Shown here piece by piece: positions 26,704-35,811 of a DNA stretch of 64,000 nucleotides. Position 1 is the first letter of the stretch; the number at the start of each line of letters is the position of its first letter. This stretch comes from a virus (taxonomy: Duplodnaviria > Caudoviricetes): the IMG/VR virus record IMGVR_UViG_3300012122_000001, positions 1-64,000 of that record; one strand, written 5' to 3'. The notes under the pieces were generated by a model. The model saw only the letters and a program-made list of their open reading frames with translations, was not told the DNA's origin and did no database searches. The position numbers and the translations under genes are program-made.

Positions 26704-27561
26704 ATGACCGTCCCCGCCTACTGGAGCACCGAATTCCGGAAGTCCATAACGGCACCGTTCACGGATGTCGCGAGCTGGCTGACTGCGATTCGGACGATGC
26801 TGACCGTGACGCTGCCGGTCGGTTCGCGCTGGACGGAGAGTAATCCAGGCGTCTCGAACAGCTACACGTCTCCGGCAGATCCGGTAAACGGGAACGTGAT
26901 CGGGATGAATTTCACCCGTACTTCAGCCGTGCGCCTGTATATGCTTTCCTTCTACCAAGTCCCGCCAGCCGCCGGTGCCGGTATCCTCCAGGGAGAGTGT
27001 GACATCTCCGGCACCGTCCAGGCGAACATCTTTGCGGGCCCGTTTCACTTCTGGACAGAAGTCGTAAACGGCGGCCTCCCCAACGGCGACTTCATGGGTG
27101 TCGTTGGGGTTGCTACGGTGCCGGAACCGGAAAATCAAATCACGAACTTCGGATTCGGAAAGCACTCCCGCAACGTCGCCCAGAACCCCTTCAATCTTCA
27201 GGCCGACATGTGGATGACCCTCGACGCAAACGTAGACGGCGGATTCCCGGTTCGCGCGCGCTGTCAGGGGCCATACTTCGTCGCTAACGCTGCGGGCTAC
27301 GATTTATTTACAGCCGCAGGAAGCCCCGTATACTATCCTGCTGTCGGAGTCACCTATCCGACGCTTGGATCAAACGCGAACACACGGTTCTGCGGAACTT
27401 TCCCGCAGTTTGTCTGGGTCGACAAATCGTGGCTGGCGGGTCAGTTTGTTCCGGTTCCCATCGACGTCGGAGTGACCGGCATCTTCCAGGTCGTGAGTTC
27501 GCTCATGACCCCGAGCAACGGCGGTTCCAACGGCGCGAAGCTCGCGATAAGGGTGGCGTAG
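26704..27561 (+). CDS. virion surface protein, paralog 3
   Basis: Shared blocks WLTAIRTMLT..LPVGSRWTE, LQGECDISG.VQANIFAGP, FNLQADMW, RARCQGPYFVANA. Confidence 0.75.
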   Translation: MTVPAYWSTEFRKSITAPFTDVASWLTAIRTMLTVTLPVGSRWTESNPGVSNSYTSPADPVNGNVIGMNFTRTSAVRLYMLSFYQVPPAAGAGILQGECDISGTVQANIFAGPFHFWTEVVNGGLPNGDFMGVVGVATVPEPENQITNFGFGKHSRNVAQNPFNLQADMWMTLDANVDGGFPVRARCQGPYFVANAAGYDLFTAAGSPVYYPAVGVTYPTLGSNANTRFCGTFPQFVWVDKSWLAGQFVPVPIDVGVTGIFQVVSSLMTPSNGGSNGAKLAIRVA

Positions 27562-29625
27562 ATGGGACTCTTCGCTGGTCCTGGTCCGATCCAGGTAAAG
27601 TCCTTCATAACCAATCCCCCGACCTACGGTATCGCGCAGATCGGCGTTGCCAAAAACTTTGCCGGATTTATTGCCGTCAACAGTCACTCGAGCTACTTGG
27701 TCGATCCCGACAGTCAGGCAACCTACGGGTTCGAGCCCATGACCACCGGCTCGATGGTCATCACGTTCTTCCGGATGTACGGGTCCGCGGGGCAGATCAC
27801 GCTGACGTACTCGACGTCGCCCGGACCCGCGACGCCTCTGGGCGCGAATCCGGGCGTCGACTATACCGCCGTCTCCGGAACGCTGGTCTGGACCGATGGG
27901 GACATCGCTCCGAAGACCGTATCGATTCCCCTGCTTCCGACTGCCTACACCATCGGGTTCCCGAACAACTTCTTCTACTTCAACATCGACAGCGTCGTGG
28001 TCGCCGCTCCGAACCCGACCGTCTACGTCTACATGGGCGGAAACGACTTCAACGGCGGGAATCTGGAACCGTTCCCGAGCGGACTCTACGCCACGAGTTA
28101 CACGTTCCCGGCCCTCATCATCAAGCGGACGGTCGGGAGCGCCTACTTCGTTGGATCTCCGTATTCCGTCCAGCGTCCAGGCGGGACGACGACCGTGACG
28201 CTCCAGGTCGTTCGGGCCGACAACGCCGGAGGGTTCAAGGGGGCGGTTCAGGTCAGCTACCACACCACGGACGGGACCGCCATCGCCGGTGTCGCCTATA
28301 CCACAAAGACAGGGACGATCTCCTGGGCCGACGGCGTCGGTGGCGCACAACCGATCACGATCACGATCCTGAACGGCGGAGCCGGAACGCAGAGCTTCAC
28401 CGTCACGATCGACAACCCCACGAACGGCCTCACGATCATCGTCACCCCGACGGCCACCGTGAACATCACGGCCGGTGCGCCTCCGGCGAACCCGACCTCG
28501 TCCGGAGCTATCCCCAATCAGGTGGTGGATCTCGAGACGTTTGCCGACCCAAATGGACACACGCAGACCGTCCCTAACCCAATCCTCGTCCAAGACTCCT
28601 TGAGCTACTACAACCGCAACTTCCTGATCAACTCCTACGCGACGACCGGGATCCGACCGGACCTCAACGCCGTCTTCTTCATCAGCACGACGGTCGGATG
28701 GTTCGTCGGGGATGGCGGCATGATCTTCAAGACCACCGATGCCGGTGTCACCTGGGTGCAGCAGACGAGCACGGTAGTCGTGGAGCTCGAGGACGTCTTC
28801 TTCGCCGATGCGAACAACGGATGGGCGGTCGGCGCCGACGGGACGATCCTCGTCACGACGAACGGCGGAACGGTCTGGACGGCTCAGACGAGCGGCGTCG
28901 CCACGAGGCTGAACGCCGTCGGCTTCATCAGCAGTACGAACGGCTGGGCCGTCGGGGACGGCGGCGTGATCCGCGTCACCACGAACGGCGGCGGAACGTG
29001 GTCCCTCCAGGCAAGCGGCGTCGTCACGGACCTGAACGACGTCTACTTCGTGGATGGCACCCACGGCTGGGCCGTCGGGGACGGCGGCGTGATCCTCTTC
29101 TACAACGGCACGACCTGGGCGGCTCAGACGAGCGGAACGCTGGTCAACCTGAACGGCGTGACCTTTACGAGTGCGACCAGCGGATGGGCCGTCGGAGACG
29201 ACGGGGTCATCCTCTTCTGGAACGGCACGATTTGGGCGGCCCAGGTGAGCGGAGTCTCGACACAGATCGATCTCCGTGAGGTCGATTTTGCCAGCGCGAC
29301 CGTCGGATGGGCCGTTGGGACGAACGGCACGATTCTCGCTACCACGAACGGCGGGTCCACCTGGACTCCGCAGACCAGCGGAACGACGAACGACCTCAAC
29401 GGTCTCGCCGCGGCCAGCACCTCGATCGCCTGGGCGGTCGGTGACAACGGCACCATCCTCACAACGGCGAATGGCGGGACGACCTGGACTCCACAGGCAG
29501 CGCCGCTCCCCATTGGATCGAGCGGCGGAAACGGTGGAAGCTTCGGCGGCGGCGACGACTTCGCCAACTACGACCAGGGATTCTCGCAGAGCGGATTCCT
29601 GAAGTTCCAGGGAGCTATTTACTAA
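27562..29625 (+). CDS. adhesin: two Calx-beta domains plus 7-bladed YCF48/BNR-like beta-propeller
   Basis: GVDYTAVSGTLVWTDG and TAIAGVAYTTKTGTISWADG (Calx-beta); seven repeats of LxxVxF....GWAVGDxG.I..T.NGG.TW..QTSG. Confidence 0.8.
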   Translation: MGLFAGPGPIQVKSFITNPPTYGIAQIGVAKNFAGFIAVNSHSSYLVDPDSQATYGFEPMTTGSMVITFFRMYGSAGQITLTYSTSPGPATPLGANPGVDYTAVSGTLVWTDGDIAPKTVSIPLLPTAYTIGFPNNFFYFNIDSVVVAAPNPTVYVYMGGNDFNGGNLEPFPSGLYATSYTFPALIIKRTVGSAYFVGSPYSVQRPGGTTTVTLQVVRADNAGGFKGAVQVSYHTTDGTAIAGVAYTTKTGTISWADGVGGAQPITITILNGGAGTQSFTVTIDNPTNGLTIIVTPTATVNITAGAPPANPTSSGAIPNQVVDLETFADPNGHTQTVPNPILVQDSLSYYNRNFLINSYATTGIRPDLNAVFFISTTVGWFVGDGGMIFKTTDAGVTWVQQTSTVVVELEDVFFADANNGWAVGADGTILVTTNGGTVWTAQTSGVATRLNAVGFISSTNGWAVGDGGVIRVTTNGGGTWSLQASGVVTDLNDVYFVDGTHGWAVGDGGVILFYNGTTWAAQTSGTLVNLNGVTFTSATSGWAVGDDGVILFWNGTIWAAQVSGVSTQIDLREVDFASATVGWAVGTNGTILATTNGGSTWTPQTSGTTNDLNGLAAASTSIAWAVGDNGTILTTANGGTTWTPQAAPLPIGSSGGNGGSFGGGDDFANYDQGFSQSGFLKFQGAIY

Positions 29626-29696
29626 AGATTGAACGATTCAGACGTGCATTACGGTAAAATTAGCTATGCGACCGGGGACAGGAAAGGATTGGTAGG

Positions 29697-29975
29697 GTGA
29701 TGCTGCTTTCTCTGTCCTTCGTGATGGATGCGGTGACGGTGGATCCTCCGACCGGCGGAATCAGTGCGCTGGCGTGGATCATCATCGTCACTCTGGCTGG
29801 GGTATGTGGTGTGGCGATCCCCGCTCTCTGGTATCGCGGGAACAAGATCCAGGACCGGATGTACGCGGACCTGAAGACCTGCAACGAGAGACGGGTTCAG
29901 TCCGAGGAAGAGCAGCTCGACCTGCTCAAGCTCGTTCGGCTCCAGATGGAGCAGTCGAAGGGAGGCAAGCGGTGA
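29697..29975 (+). CDS. membrane protein with coiled coil (holin-like)
   Basis: TM ALAWIIIVTLAGVCGVAIPALW followed by heptads. Confidence 0.55.
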   Translation: MMLLSLSFVMDAVTVDPPTGGISALAWIIIVTLAGVCGVAIPALWYRGNKIQDRMYADLKTCNERRVQSEEEQLDLLKLVRLQMEQSKGGKR

Positions 29976-30202
29976 GCTCGAGATCAAAGAGCACGGTCAA
30001 GATGTTGTGCGTCGCGTCGAACGCGATCATGCGGAAGGAGCTTCCTGAGGAGGCCCAGAGGCTTCTCGAGGTCTACAACGATCCGGCCGTCGCCCCGGAG
30101 CAGAAGGCGATCGCCAAGTCGCAGTTGGACGACATGATCAAGGATCTCGAGTCCAGGGTCACGACCAGGAGACTGAACGAAGCTCGCGAGAAATCCATAT
30201 AA
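29972..30202 (+). CDS. hypothetical protein
   Basis: GTG overlapping upstream TGA, GGAGG RBS. Confidence 0.55.
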   Translation: MSSRSKSTVKMLCVASNAIMRKELPEEAQRLLEVYNDPAVAPEQKAIAKSQLDDMIKDLESRVTTRRLNEAREKSI

Positions 30203-30207
30203 GGAGC

Positions 30208-30243
30208 GTTGTAACCGCCCGTCCTTAACCGGGCGGTTGTAAC
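30208..30243. other. intergenic inverted repeat
   Basis: AACCGCCCG/CGGGCGGTT stem with flanking TTGTAA. Confidence 0.45.
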
Positions 30244-30250
30244 TCGGTGA

Positions 30251-30523
30251 ATGGTGAGTACCTATTCGAAAGCCAGGGGGCGGGCGGGAAAATTGGCGTT
30301 GGTCGCAGCCCTGGTGGTCTCCACCATGGGCTGCGCCATCGCGGATCGGTCGGATAAGTTCGGTGCAGAATTAGACCTGGGGCTCGGCGGGATCCTCAGC
30401 TCGATGATCGATGTCCGCCTGTATGCGTCGGTGGGATTCTCGAAGACCTGTAAGGATGGGGTGAACGGTGAGAAAGAAGCTGATCTGGATGGCGATCCTC
30501 TTGGCCTTCGGGGGTTTCTTTAG
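30251..30523 (+). CDS. putative lipoprotein
   Basis: Basic N-terminus, hydrophobic stretch, lipobox TMGC. Confidence 0.5.
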   Translation: MVSTYSKARGRAGKLALVAALVVSTMGCAIADRSDKFGAELDLGLGGILSSMIDVRLYASVGFSKTCKDGVNGEKEADLDGDPLGLRGFL

Positions 30524-31037
30524 CGGCTGCACCGTAGCGCAGCGAAAAGAGATTCTGGAAGAAGCGAAGCTCTACGCCTTCGAGCAGGGGAAGATCCTTC
30601 TCGAGCAGGCGAAGGAGCAGGGTAAGGTGATCGCCATCCAGGCGGTCGAGAAGATCCAGAAGAAGGCCGACGAGGAGGAGGCGAAGCAGTTCGCTGCTCT
30701 AGATCAGCAGCTCACGGCCTTCAAGGTTGTCGACCAGGAGACCCAGATCGAAATCTCGAAGACCTGGAGAGACTTCGACGCCGATAAGAGCGGACACCTG
30801 GAGCCGATCGAGCTCGGCAAGGTTACCGCCTACATCACCACTCAGACCGCGAAGAAGATCGCGACCGGCGAGATCGACAAGAATACGGCCGGACAGACCG
30901 GGAAGAGTACAGGCGCGACGATCTCGGTGCTCCTGGCCCTCTACCTCGCGCGCCGCGGCGCGGGAGCTCTGACGTCGAAATTCAAGCCTGCGGTGACCCC
31001 TACAACTCCTAGAGCCGGAGGGGCGCCGCCTTCATAA
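30468..31037 (+). CDS. putative lipoprotein with EF-hand loop and C-terminal TM
   Basis: MRKKLIWMAILLAFGGFFSGC lipobox; DADKSGHLEPIE canonical 12-residue EF loop; ISVLLALYLA TM. Confidence 0.65.
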   Translation: MRKKLIWMAILLAFGGFFSGCTVAQRKEILEEAKLYAFEQGKILLEQAKEQGKVIAIQAVEKIQKKADEEEAKQFAALDQQLTAFKVVDQETQIEISKTWRDFDADKSGHLEPIELGKVTAYITTQTAKKIATGEIDKNTAGQTGKSTGATISVLLALYLARRGAGALTSKFKPAVTPTTPRAGGAPPS

Positions 31038-31038
31038 G

Positions 31039-31332
31039 ATGGACGAGATCCTTGGAGCTCTTGACCCTTCAACGCTTGGCATGGGCGTCGACGCTTCGGC
31101 TGTTGTCGCAGTGTCGGAAGCGACGAATTTGATCAAAGGAGACATGCGGAAGTGGGGTCTCGATGCCGTCGTGGGGAGGTTCTATCCGGCAATCCCGTTT
31201 TTGATTGCTTTTGGCCTGGGTCTGTTGTACGGGAATGCACTCTGGTCCGACGCTTTATGGTATTCTGGGAAGATAGGGCTGCTATCCAGCTTTGCTTGGC
31301 AAGGCTATAGGGTATCGGTGAAGGGCAAATGA
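31039..31332 (+). CDS. holin-like small membrane protein
   Basis: 97 aa, 2-3 hydrophobic helices, basic tail; lower GC. Confidence 0.5.
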   Translation: MDEILGALDPSTLGMGVDASAVVAVSEATNLIKGDMRKWGLDAVVGRFYPAIPFLIAFGLGLLYGNALWSDALWYSGKIGLLSSFAWQGYRVSVKGK

Positions 31333-32672
31333 GAATTTATGTGCCGATGGAATCGGGGCTGAACCCCCGAGAGATCGCCGCCATGCGGCGCCTCTCGAGG
31401 AGTTCGCTCGCGATCATTGCCGACGAGCTTCACGAGCCGACCTCCAGGAGCACCGTGAAGAGGGTTCTCTCCTCCCGCGATCCGGAGCGGGAAGTGATCA
31501 GGCAGGTCGCCGAAGAGGTCCAGCGCGCCGTCTGGGCCATCAGCACCGTCCGTCACGCCGGACTCGGGGACCACGAGTACGACGACATGGAGCTCATGCC
31601 CGACATCGGCTTCGGAAGCTTCTTCAAGAAGGTCGCCAAGAAGATCAAGGGCGTCGCCAAGAAGGTCGTCGACATCCACAAGAAGGTCTTCGACAAGACC
31701 GTCAAGCCCGTCATCAAAGCGACCGTGAAGGTCGCGAAGAAGTCCGTCGAGATCACCAAGAAGACCGTGAAAAAGGTGATCGAGACGCAGAAGAAGGTCA
31801 TCAAGAAGATCGGGAAGGCGATCAAACCGTACATCCCGATCATCCTAACGGTCGTGGGCGCGGTGCTGGCGCCGTTCACCGGAGGCGCCTCCCTGGCGGT
31901 CGCCGCTGCCCTGAACGCGGGCTACATGCTCGCCATGAAGGCGAAGGCAGCGAGAGCCGCGAAGAAGGAAGGCCGCGCAGCAGCCGCCCAGATGCAGGCC
32001 GAGGTGAGCGCGCAGACGGCCGACCTGAACCGCCAGCTCGACCAGCTCTTCACGGAGAACCAGGGGGTCTTTGCCGCCGCAGGTATCTCCCAGGCGGCCT
32101 GGAACGCGATGAGCCTCGAGCAGCGCCTCGCGGTCGTCGAGCGGATCAACTCCGGCAACATGCCGTCGTCGCAGTCGAATGCCGACGCCGCCACGGAGGC
32201 CCAGGGGAATCCTCCGACGACCCAGACGCAGACGTGGCGGGATGCGATCAATTCCTCGCCGGTCATGCAGCAGTGGCGTGACGAGGCCGGAGACTCCGAC
32301 ACCGCGACCGCCGGAGTCCAGACCCCGACCGGGACGTACGACGTCTACGTCGAAGGCCGGAAGGTCGGGACCGCCCAGACGCTCGACGAGGCGTCCTCGA
32401 TCATGGCGAACAACTCGAAGGCCGGGGACCGGGTCGAGATCGTGCTCAACGGTCGCTCCCTGGGCCTCAAGATCGTGACGGGCGGCGGCGGGGTCATCTC
32501 GATCCCCGCCGGTCAGGCCGATGCGGTCCGCGCGATGTCGAGGTCCGAAGTCGACGCGATGCTCTCCAGGGCTGGTCAGACAACGACCGCTTCGAGCGGA
32601 TCCTCCGGCGGGCTCGTGCTTGCCCTCGCCGTCCCGGCGGCGATCCTCTTTGCCATGCATTCGAAGGGTTAG
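31329..32672 (+). CDS. internal virion protein with Lys-rich amphipathic segment (candidate membrane penetration / DNA delivery protein)
   Basis: GLGD..GFG followed by SFFKKVAKKIKGVAKK (~25 Lys in ~75 aa), hydrophobic hairpin, coiled coil, C-terminal TM. Confidence 0.7.
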   Translation: MRIYVPMESGLNPREIAAMRRLSRSSLAIIADELHEPTSRSTVKRVLSSRDPEREVIRQVAEEVQRAVWAISTVRHAGLGDHEYDDMELMPDIGFGSFFKKVAKKIKGVAKKVVDIHKKVFDKTVKPVIKATVKVAKKSVEITKKTVKKVIETQKKVIKKIGKAIKPYIPIILTVVGAVLAPFTGGASLAVAAALNAGYMLAMKAKAARAAKKEGRAAAAQMQAEVSAQTADLNRQLDQLFTENQGVFAAAGISQAAWNAMSLEQRLAVVERINSGNMPSSQSNADAATEAQGNPPTTQTQTWRDAINSSPVMQQWRDEAGDSDTATAGVQTPTGTYDVYVEGRKVGTAQTLDEASSIMANNSKAGDRVEIVLNGRSLGLKIVTGGGGVISIPAGQADAVRAMSRSEVDAMLSRAGQTTTASSGSSGGLVLALAVPAAILFAMHSKG

Positions 32673-32675
32673 GCG

Positions 32676-33347
32676 ATGGAAAACAATCTTCCCGCGGCTG
32701 CACATGCCTTCGCGACGGCCTTCGTCGCCGACATGGAGGCCGCCCGGCCGCTCCGTGCCGCGCTCATCCGGAAGCAGATCAACCGGGAAGGCATCACGCG
32801 CATCGTCACCAGGGACCTGGATGCAGCGCGCCTGGGGAGGCGCGGCCCCGCGCTCTTCCCGAACCTCCGCGCCGTCGCGAAGGAGTTCCTGGACCAGGAG
32901 AAGCGGCGCGCGCCGTACACCGGGATCTCCCAGTTCCACAACCGCGCGGCCGGGTACATGCAGGTCGCTCCGGCGTACGAGCGCGAGGTCTACGGCCTGG
33001 GGCAGTGGGACGCGATCATCGGCGCGATCGGCGCTGCGGCAGGAGCGGCTTCGAGCATCTACGGCGCCAAGATCACCGCCGACGCCCAGAAGCAGCTTCT
33101 CAACCTCGAGCAGCAGAAGGTCAACGCCCAGATCCAGATCGCCGAGATGCAAGCGAAAGCCGCCCAGGTCCAGCTCGCCGCGGCGAACGCTGCTGCATCC
33201 GGGACTCCGGTGAAGATCGGTCCGGACGGCCTGCCGGTTCCTTACACCGAGGCTTTCGGTCCAGAGATCGGCGGAGTTCCCGTCATCCCGGCCGTCGCCG
33301 CCGCGTTCGCGCTCGCCATCGCCGGATACTTCGCCTTCAAGAAATAG
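32676..33347 (+). CDS. virion membrane protein
   Basis: Basic N-region, GLGQ motif, Ala/Gln coiled coil, C-terminal TM + KK. Confidence 0.7.
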   Translation: MENNLPAAAHAFATAFVADMEAARPLRAALIRKQINREGITRIVTRDLDAARLGRRGPALFPNLRAVAKEFLDQEKRRAPYTGISQFHNRAAGYMQVAPAYEREVYGLGQWDAIIGAIGAAAGAASSIYGAKITADAQKQLLNLEQQKVNAQIQIAEMQAKAAQVQLAAANAAASGTPVKIGPDGLPVPYTEAFGPEIGGVPVIPAVAAAFALAIAGYFAFKK

Positions 33348-33360
33348 AAAGGGATTTTCC

Positions 33361-34107
33361 ATGCCTGCTTTGAAGATGAACCAGATCGCAGGTCGGATGA
33401 AGGTCATCCGCGCGCCCCAGGTGATGTATGTCCAGGAGGCGACGTTCATCCCGTCCGGAATGCATGGGATCTCCAGTTCCGCCAGGGAGGCCGTCGTCTC
33501 GTCGCTCTCGAAGGAGATGGCCGCGCGCGGAATTCCGCCGGGCCGGGCCCGCCACGTCGTCAAGATGGCCTCGATGCGGATCCACTCGCGCTGGAACCGC
33601 GGGCGCCACCTCGGCTGGGGCAAAGGCCTGGGCGACGACGAAACGTACGGCCCTCCGCTGCCGAACGACATGGTCGCGGCGAACAAGCTCGCCCTGGTCC
33701 AGACCAAGGGCACCGAGTACCAGAGGCAGCACGCGGCCTTCATCAATCAGCTCCCGTCCTCGGGGGCGAGCGACAGCGACAAGCTCAAGGTCCGCAACGG
33801 CATCGAGAACCTCTACAACGAGTGGACCGCGTTCGCCGTCGACCTGAAGGGCGGCCTGCCGCCGTTCGAGTGGAACCGGACGGATCCCGTCGACGCGATC
33901 CTGATCGCCGTCCGGGACGATCTCCGCGACACAGTGAACCTGATCGACGCGAACAAAGCCCAGGCCGTTCTCGCCAAGCAGATCAAGGAGCTCGTGAAGC
34001 CGGGCTCGCTGCCCGGACTGCCGAACCTCCCGAAGATGGACCTTCCCTGGTACGTCTGGGTCGGGGGAGCCATCGCCGCGGCTGTCGCGGCAAAGTACGC
34101 GCTCTAA
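33361..34107 (+). CDS. virion membrane protein
   Basis: Basic N-region, GLGDD motif, C-terminal PWYVWVGGAIAAAVAAKY TM. Confidence 0.7.
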   Translation: MPALKMNQIAGRMKVIRAPQVMYVQEATFIPSGMHGISSSAREAVVSSLSKEMAARGIPPGRARHVVKMASMRIHSRWNRGRHLGWGKGLGDDETYGPPLPNDMVAANKLALVQTKGTEYQRQHAAFINQLPSSGASDSDKLKVRNGIENLYNEWTAFAVDLKGGLPPFEWNRTDPVDAILIAVRDDLRDTVNLIDANKAQAVLAKQIKELVKPGSLPGLPNLPKMDLPWYVWVGGAIAAAVAAKYAL

Positions 34108-34124
34108 AATAGGAAGGGGTCTTT

Positions 34125-34373
34125 ATGAATCCGCTGTTTCTCCTCGGCGCCGCGGCGGTCGCCACCGCCGTCATGAAGGGTAAGAAGAACGGCCCGCCGG
34201 AAGTCCCGCCGGAGCTCGTCGGCGCCGCCGCGGGAATCGCCCGGAGCCAGATCGCCCAGGGCGCCACTCCGGAGGAGGCCGCCGCGTACGCCGCGGACAA
34301 GATCGCCGAGACCGGAGGAGGCTTCTGGAAGGAAGGAAGCCGGAAGTCCGGCGGCTCCATGGTGAGGTTCTAG
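34125..34373 (+). CDS. small membrane-anchored protein
   Basis: MNPLFLLGAAAVATAVMKGKK N-terminal anchor. Confidence 0.6.
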   Translation: MNPLFLLGAAAVATAVMKGKKNGPPEVPPELVGAAAGIARSQIAQGATPEEAAAYAADKIAETGGGFWKEGSRKSGGSMVRF

Positions 34374-34388
34374 CTCTCTTTGTAGTGC

Positions 34389-34417
34389 ATGACAATTTGA
34401 CCTCCGGTCAGTAGAAT
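34389..34417 (+). promoter_or_regulatory. sigma70-like promoter
   Basis: ATGACA-N17-TAGAAT upstream of glycosyltransferase. Confidence 0.55.
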
Positions 34418-34470
34418 CATGCAGGCGCCCGGTAGAGTGCCGGGCGAAGGAAGAAGAAGGAGAGAGCGGT

Positions 34471-35811
34471 ATGAATCTTAAACCCCAGCTCATCGACATG
34501 ATCCGGACGGTTCCGGAGGTTGCCGTACGTCTCTGGTGCGGCGGGAAGGTCTTTCCGCACGACGCGGGCGTTCGGATCGAGTACGAAGGGGTCATGACCC
34601 AGGTGTCCGTCGAAGCCTACACGGCGGCGGATGAGGTCTCGAAGATCCTTGGGATCCGCTGGGGCGGCCGGATGCTTCGGTCGGTCCAGGACGTCCTGGA
34701 GCTCCGCCACGCCGCCGAAGATGCCTACCTCGAGAACCTTTTCCATCAGACCGACGTCCCGAAGGCGCTCTTCGTGCCCGCGGGCGTGACGGCCTCCGGC
34801 TACTACAGAGCGATGATCCCGTCGGACCTCGCGTACGAAGGCGGGAAGGTCATCAGTCACTGGACCTCGTCGGTCGATCTTTCGAAGGTGATGCGTTACG
34901 ACATCCTCTGGGTTCAGCTCATCACGTCGGCCGTCCTGATCGCCATCATCAAGATGGCGAAGACCCAGGGCGTCAAGATCGTGTTCGACATCGATGATCG
35001 TCTCGACTCGATTCCAGCCGAGAATCAGGCGTCGGCCGTCTACGGAGAAGCTGGGAAGCAGGCAGAGCTTCGGGAGATGATCAAGCTCGCCGACCTCGTG
35101 ACGGTCTCGACAGAACCCCTGGGGAAGTACATCCTCGAGAACATGGGCGCGAAGCGGGTCAAGGTGCTCCCGAACCAGCTCACCGCGAACGTCGCCCCCA
35201 GGAGACACCCGCCGAACTCGGCGTATACACGGATCCTTTGGGCCGGATCCCCGACCCACAAGCGAGACCTCGCGATCGTGGCGCCCGCGATCCGGAACCT
35301 GCTCAAGAAGTACAACGGGAAGCTCCGGTTCACATGTTTCGGCGAGCGCCTGCCGGAGGCCCTGGCGGACTGCTACAACTGGATCGACCTGAAGGACCCG
35401 GTCGACTTCGACCAGTACCACGACGCGATCGCGACGATCGCCGCAGACTTCGGGATCGCGCCGCTTGAGGCGAATCCGTTCAACGAGTCGAAGTCGGCGA
35501 TCAAGGCCCTGGAGTATGCCTCGGCCGGATATCCGATGCTGCTCTCCCCGGTCGGAGAGTACCCCGTCATCTGCAAGGCAGGATTTCCGGCAGAGCTCGT
35601 CGAAAACGACGGCTGGGAAGCCGCGATCGATCGGATGATCGGGATGTCCAGGGAACAGCGCGACGATCTGGGCAAGCGCGGCATGAAGTGGGTCCTCGAG
35701 AACCGCTGCATCGGCACCTCGAAGGCCTCCCAGTGGGCCGATACGATCACCGAGGTCGCGGCCTATCCGCGTGAAGAGGTGGAAGAGTCGAGGCTGAAGC
35801 TGGTGACATGA
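34471..35811 (+). CDS. GT-B (GT4-like) glycosyltransferase
   Basis: GYYRAMIP, KIVFDIDD, LADLVTVST, ILWAGSPTH, DFGIAPLEANPFNESKSAIKALEY. Confidence 0.85.
   Translation: MNLKPQLIDMIRTVPEVAVRLWCGGKVFPHDAGVRIEYEGVMTQVSVEAYTAADEVSKILGIRWGGRMLRSVQDVLELRHAAEDAYLENLFHQTDVPKALFVPAGVTASGYYRAMIPSDLAYEGGKVISHWTSSVDLSKVMRYDILWVQLITSAVLIAIIKMAKTQGVKIVFDIDDRLDSIPAENQASAVYGEAGKQAELREMIKLADLVTVSTEPLGKYILENMGAKRVKVLPNQLTANVAPRRHPPNSAYTRILWAGSPTHKRDLAIVAPAIRNLLKKYNGKLRFTCFGERLPEALADCYNWIDLKDPVDFDQYHDAIATIAADFGIAPLEANPFNESKSAIKALEYASAGYPMLLSPVGEYPVICKAGFPAELVENDGWEAAIDRMIGMSREQRDDLGKRGMKWVLENRCIGTSKASQWADTITEVAAYPREEVEESRLKLVT

Noticed and set aside
25872-27561. Tandem paralogs as a diversity-generating retroelement TR/VR pair
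   Set aside because: No reverse transcriptase in the window; differences at the compared 3' ends are not adenine-restricted and both copies are full genes
28650-29500. Periodic GWAVG repeats as an array or mobile element
   Set aside because: Explained as seven beta-propeller blades within one ORF
30208-30243. Hairpin as an IS200/IS605 end
   Set aside because: Only vague resemblance; no TnpA, TnpB or IscB nearby
9403-34373. Caudoviricetes head-tail module
   Set aside because: No terminase Walker/RNase-H motifs, portal, HK97 capsid, tube, sheath or tape-measure recognised; fibre-like domains alone are not diagnostic
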